Assembly (NCBI GenBank): GCA_950097015.1
Contig: CATNEN010000007.1
Coordinates: forward strand, 6,820,001 to 6,884,000
Origin: Macrostomum hystrix
Lineage: Eukaryota; Animalia; Platyhelminthes
Direction of reading: 5' to 3'
DNA length: 64,000 nucleotides
Shown here: positions 59,401 through 64,000 of the stretch, one piece after another
Layout: each line of letters begins with the position of its first letter
How positions within the stretch are numbered: the stretch's first letter is position 1
Notes under the pieces: model-generated
Databases searched by the model: none
Told to the model about the DNA's origin: nothing
What the model saw: the letters and a program-made list of their open reading frames with translations, nothing else
Made by a program: the position numbers and the translations under genes

Positions 59401-61630
59401 CCGAGGCGGGCAGCGGCAGTCGCTGCCAGGCGGGGCCGGTCGGACCGATTGGCCAGCAACATAGCTAGGAAGGGCCGCCACTGGCTCAGGTCGGTTAGCT
59501 CGGGTTGCCGGCCCTGTGGGGTAGACGGTTGCAAATATGATTTTCTTGACAAATAAATATAATGAGGTGCGTCGCTTTAAGCTGTAAAAAGTCCAAAAGC
59601 CAGTGACAGGCATACTTACCTGCATGAACTGGTACAGCGACACCAGAGGGTCGCCAGGCTGCATCGCCCTGGCCAGGAATCGTTCGAGCATCCGCGAGTG
59701 CAGCCCGGCATCCATCTGGTGCGCCAGGAACAGGGCCTGGCCCCACAAACCGCGCCGGCTGGCGTACTCCAGAGCCTCCCGCTTGCGGCCGTACATCAGC
59801 AGCTTCCGGAATCTGTCCAGCCGTTTCTCAGCTTCGGCTTCGACTTCGTCGCGTTGTCTGACCGCCTGAGAGAGCGCGGCAGCAGCCGCCGCGGCGAGCT
59901 CAGGATTCTGCTGCTGCAGGGCCGTCGGGCTGGTCCGTCCGCTAGCTGGCTCACTGGGCGGTAGCGAGGCGAAAGCGTCCATAGCAACGTCAGCCGCGGA
60001 CGCGTCTAGGCCAGCTGACAAACCGTTACGATAGTTGGAGGTGCGAGGCTCGTGACCCTCGAGCAGCAGGTCGGAGAGGTCGCTGCCCGCGGCGATCTGC
60101 AGTTTTGAAGGTCAAACAGCTCAATTATGAGTACGTTATAGACGTAATCTCAAAACCGGTTAGGCTAACTTACGCCATTGTTCCTAACTAGAAAGTCAAG
60201 AAATCCGATCAACAGCGCGGCGTCCTCCCAGTCGGTGTCGGCGAGCCGCTCGTGCATCTCCAGCAGCTTGGCGTTGAGGTAGGCTCGAACTTCGCTTTTT
60301 AACGTCTCGCCGGGTGAGAGCGGGCCCGGATAGGCGGCGAAGTCGGCCCGGTCCCATTCGGCTGTCAGGCAGGCGCTGTCGAACAGGTGCACTCTAGCTG
60401 GCTCGCCCTCGTCTGGCCGGGCCGGTGGCACCTGGACGGCCAGGCCCGGACATGACAGAGATAGGCGAGTGTGCGGCAGGCTGTGCTTGAGTGGCGTGCA
60501 GCGGCCAGGTGTCTCCGACTCGGCGGCAGCCTCCGCCTGCGAGTTGGGAAAATTTGGGTGCTTGCAGAATTATCTGAGATAATTCCTGCCGAGCTAGAAC
60601 TATCAGGTGATTCTGCGATTCTACAGGTGATTATGGGGTTCTGGGAAGACTACAGTAGATTTTGGGAATGTGAGCAGAGTACAGTTGATTCTAGGACTGT
60701 CAAAAGACTACAGGTATTTCTGGTAATGTGAGAAGACTAAAGCTTATTATGGGGATCTGGAAAGACGACCGGTAACTAAGGGGATCAGGCAAGACTATTA
60801 AATAAGCGGACTTGATCCTGAAAAGTTAGGCTAGGCAAGACAAATGGTCTTCCCAGTCTTGCCAAAGTAGCTGTATAACTTTATCGAATTCCCCTACCTG
60901 GTACTGGCTCAGCAAATATGGATCGAACTGGGCAAGGTACTGCCTGTACTCCTGCTTTTGTTGCCTGTAGAAATCGGCCTGCAGCGGATTGGCCAGAATA
61001 CAACTTTCAAAATAGTCGTCATATTGTTTTGCCAAACTGGCTATTGTTTGCTGCTGCTGCGGCAGTTGTTGTTGCTGATGATGTTGCTGCTGCGGCAGTT
61101 GTTGTTGATGATGTTGCTGCTGCTGCTGTTTATGATTCTGCTGCTGAACTGCAGTCTGGGAGCTGGCGGCATTGTTGTGCCTCTGAGACGCCTCAGCGGC
61201 GCTGTTCAAGGCGGCGGATCTATAAGGTTTAAAGCCGGCTGCCGTGGCCACCGGCGAAAATTCTGTGCCAGCCGCGCCATCGCGGTACAAAAAGCCCGTG
61301 CTAGTGTTGACCTGTTGAAAATTCGCGTCAAAATTTAAAGAAATTTTCTTAATAGAAAAATATTTTTCGATAGCAGATTGTAAATAATATTCTAAATTGA
61401 GAGTGAATTCCTTTAATCACCTGCTGCTGCAGTGGCCCAGTGGCATGCGAGCTGTTTGTATCTGGCGATGGCCCTGAGCTAGGCATTAATCGCTCTGATA
61501 CCTGTCTGGCATGCAGTTGATTTTGCTCCTGTGGCTGTTGCTGTTGCGTTTGCTGCCAAGCTTGTTGTGAAGAAGCAACCTGATTAGCTGGGTTATAAAA
61601 TGAGTAGCGGCTGCCCACTTGTTCAGTCAT
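56483..61630 (-). CDS. SEC16: SEC16-like COPII/ER exit site scaffold (~1,430 aa); exons 61630-61421, 61311-60898, 60536-60174, 60096-59620, 59513-58581, 58498-58277, 58168-56483
   Basis: All junctions are phase 0 GT-AG. Sec16 central domain motifs: RCTPLKHSLPH, YPGPL...TLKSEV, LVRNNG|IAAGSDLSDLLL, FRKLLMYGRKREALEYA..GLWGQALFLA, GDPLVSLYQFMQGRQP, WRPFLAMLLAN, LGDRL, AGQLCYLLAG, EAIQLTEVFEFA, LPYKFLYAVRLLDSGL..EAFRYC. The start codon is tentative. Confidence 0.88.
57040..57430 (-). repeat. Coding repeat (QPYQQPQQQQ)n in the SEC16-like last exon
   Basis: ~30-bp units GCTGCTGCTGCTGCTGTGGCTGTTGGTACG read directly. Confidence 0.9.
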
Positions 61631-64000
61631 GACCTTTGCTTTGCTTTGCTGATAAAATTTGTATAGCTTGCTGATTGCCAATGAACCTACTTAGCCAGTT
61701 CAGTTGTCACTCTGTAGGCTCAGATCAGGAGAAAATGTACTCTCTGGAAAATATTACAAACAACAATATGGGCTACAATGTTATGTTGTACAAGTCAGGT
61801 CATGTGTTACAAAACTTGCCAAATTATTTAGTTAATAAGTAATACATAACTTATTCCACCTTATAAATGTTATTAAACAATAAAACTGTTCAAACATTTT
61901 AACTGGACTGTGCTATGATAAGCACATCAAAAGCTAGTTTTTCTAACTAGTAAGACATACACAAAGTATGGAATGCTATTGCTTTGACGATGAGCATTGC
62001 ACCAATATAGAATGTTAGGAACTATTTTCAGTTAAGACTAAGCAGAAAGGGCTTTTGTTATTTGAGATAAGCCAATGCTAGCATTAGGTATATCATGGTT
62101 TCATATTTTAAGGCAGCTACTATTTTGTCCTTGAATGTTACTACACAACATAGTTAGCCTATTGAATATTGAGACTTAGGTCAATTAATAAACATTCTTA
62201 ATTTAAATCAAGTCACATCTGAGTATCTTTTTTATTGATTTTGGCCAATTGAAAAGTTTAAATCTTTAAAAGGCCTATACAGACCCTTCATGGATTAATG
62301 TGGCCCTCATTTTGAAAATTAAGGATTTTAAAGTGTTTTAGCTATATTTGATAAGCTTTGAGTTCATGGTGCAGAGTGGTGTAGAGTTTAACCAATTAAG
62401 ATAAGCCAATAAGACTACAAGTATTGTTTATTACAACTTTGTCATAATATACATAATAGCCCTCCAATAAATATGATTATGACAATTTTGTAAAAACAGC
62501 AAAAACATTGCTAGGCCAATCTAGATTAGGGGCCTATTATGGTAAAGAATAGGCCTATGCATTTTGTGGCCCAAATTTGGGGCAGGAGCCCCAATTTGCA
62601 AGCTAGGGTGAAGTTCCCCCTGCCTCACTGGCTATCTAGCCTAACAATAGGTAGCTAGCAGTTGCTTTTTGGTTAGGCTTTAGAACTAGGCTTTAGAACT
62701 ACTTTATGTGTAACAGTATATTTTTATTACATAAAAACAGCAAAAAATCAACAGAAACTATATCAGGCCCTATTTAAACAACTACTACAGATAGCTAGTC
62801 TAGAATAGGGTTGTAAAACAAGTAGGCACTAGACCTAGGCAATTGTTGCAAAAGAAATTTAACACTAACAATCTAGTAGGCCCCTACCCCTAGTTGACGT
62901 TCATTTTATAAAAGTTTATTTAACTTATATCTTTATTGTCTGTTGTCTGCTCTGCTAGTGCTTATATATGTGAAATACATTGAACTTATTAAAACTAGAA
63001 TTTTAAAAGCTACAGATCAAAATCATTGGGTATCTTAAAAGGCTAACCATCCCTATCATAAAACCCTTGCTAGATCTTGCTACGTCGATCGAGACATGTG
63101 TTATCATCAAAATTTAAAAGTGAGAATGAAAATTAATTCGATCCCCAATTATTCGTATATTCTTAATTTTTATATTACAGGGATAGTTTCTAAATAGTTT
63201 TAGACAAAATTGTGAATAAGCTGCTAATAAATATATAATTTCTGCTCAATCAGATTTTTTGTTATAGTAGCTACAGTGAAAAGCAAATTACAAAAAGCCC
63301 CACTGCATTTTTACTAAGAAGCAGTAGCTGCAGTAGCCCTAATTTGCAACAACTTAATAAATGAAGATCGATTAAAGAAGTCCTTAATTAATTACCTAGT
63401 TCTTACTAGGTTCTTACTAATTATTTCTACTATTTGTAATATCTATTGGTGCTTCAAAGACCGGGACACAAATACATCGGAATCGGATGAAACAAAACTA
63501 AACTGGAGGGTTAGAAAATACGTTTCTGATTACAACAGTAGCGAGGTGGCAACAAATCAGAAAGAAAAGAGGTAGAGAATACGCGCATAAAAAACGATCA
63601 GAGGGGACAAAAAGACTAGGGCTTGGAACTATGTAAATAAGAGAATTGATGAGTGAAGGGATGGCAGACTGAATATGGAGGGAAGAGACTGAGAAGTCTA
63701 TAAATGAGATGTCTATAATAAACAATTATTTAATTTGACATACTTTTTATGCTTAATCACTTTGGGCTCCAGCAGTACGTGACGAAATTGTGTTGGAGAG
63801 CAATGCAACGTCAGTAATCATAGCAATTATCTATCTGTCAAAAGTACGCGCGCTCGTGCGTGCTCGTGCTCGCGCTCGAACAGAAAATATTTAGTTGACG
63901 ATTTAGTCTCTAATTTAGCATACTAAATTTTATCTGTGCAGGAAGTCACTACCACTCTTATCTATGGCAAAATGCTACTTTATCTAATGCAGAACCCCAC

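Overview
Eukaryotic (animal) genomic DNA with GT-AG introns, many intronic minisatellites and poly-Gln tracts. The style suggests a free-living flatworm such as Macrostomum (inference only). Four protein-coding genes could be assembled by hand with phase-consistent splice junctions. (1) A 5'-incomplete caspase-3/7-like gene (+, 929-6403). (2) A giant gene of about 7,000 aa (-, 9763 to about 37301). It has an N-terminal galectin-fold domain, a single 16.9-kb exon of about 75 AHNAK/periaxin-like 73-aa repeats, an acidic 10-aa repeat, a low-complexity linker and four more tandem galectin-fold domains; this architecture is the main novelty. (3) A p160/NCOA (SRC/taiman)-like PAS-A/PAS-B coactivator with several LxxLL boxes but no visible bHLH (+, 44721-52660). 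(4) A SEC16-like gene with a Gln/Pro/Tyr-rich tail (-, 56483-61630). Mobile elements: a decayed mariner with long TIRs, a non-autonomous Helitron carrying a PIF1-helicase fragment and a nested hAT MITE, and three tRNA-derived SINEs. Other oddities are a 28S rRNA helix-69 fragment lacking the R2/I-PpoI target right after the caspase stop codon, and two sharply bounded CpG deserts upstream of the NCOA-like and SEC16-like coding regions. All family assignments come from motif recognition, not database searches.
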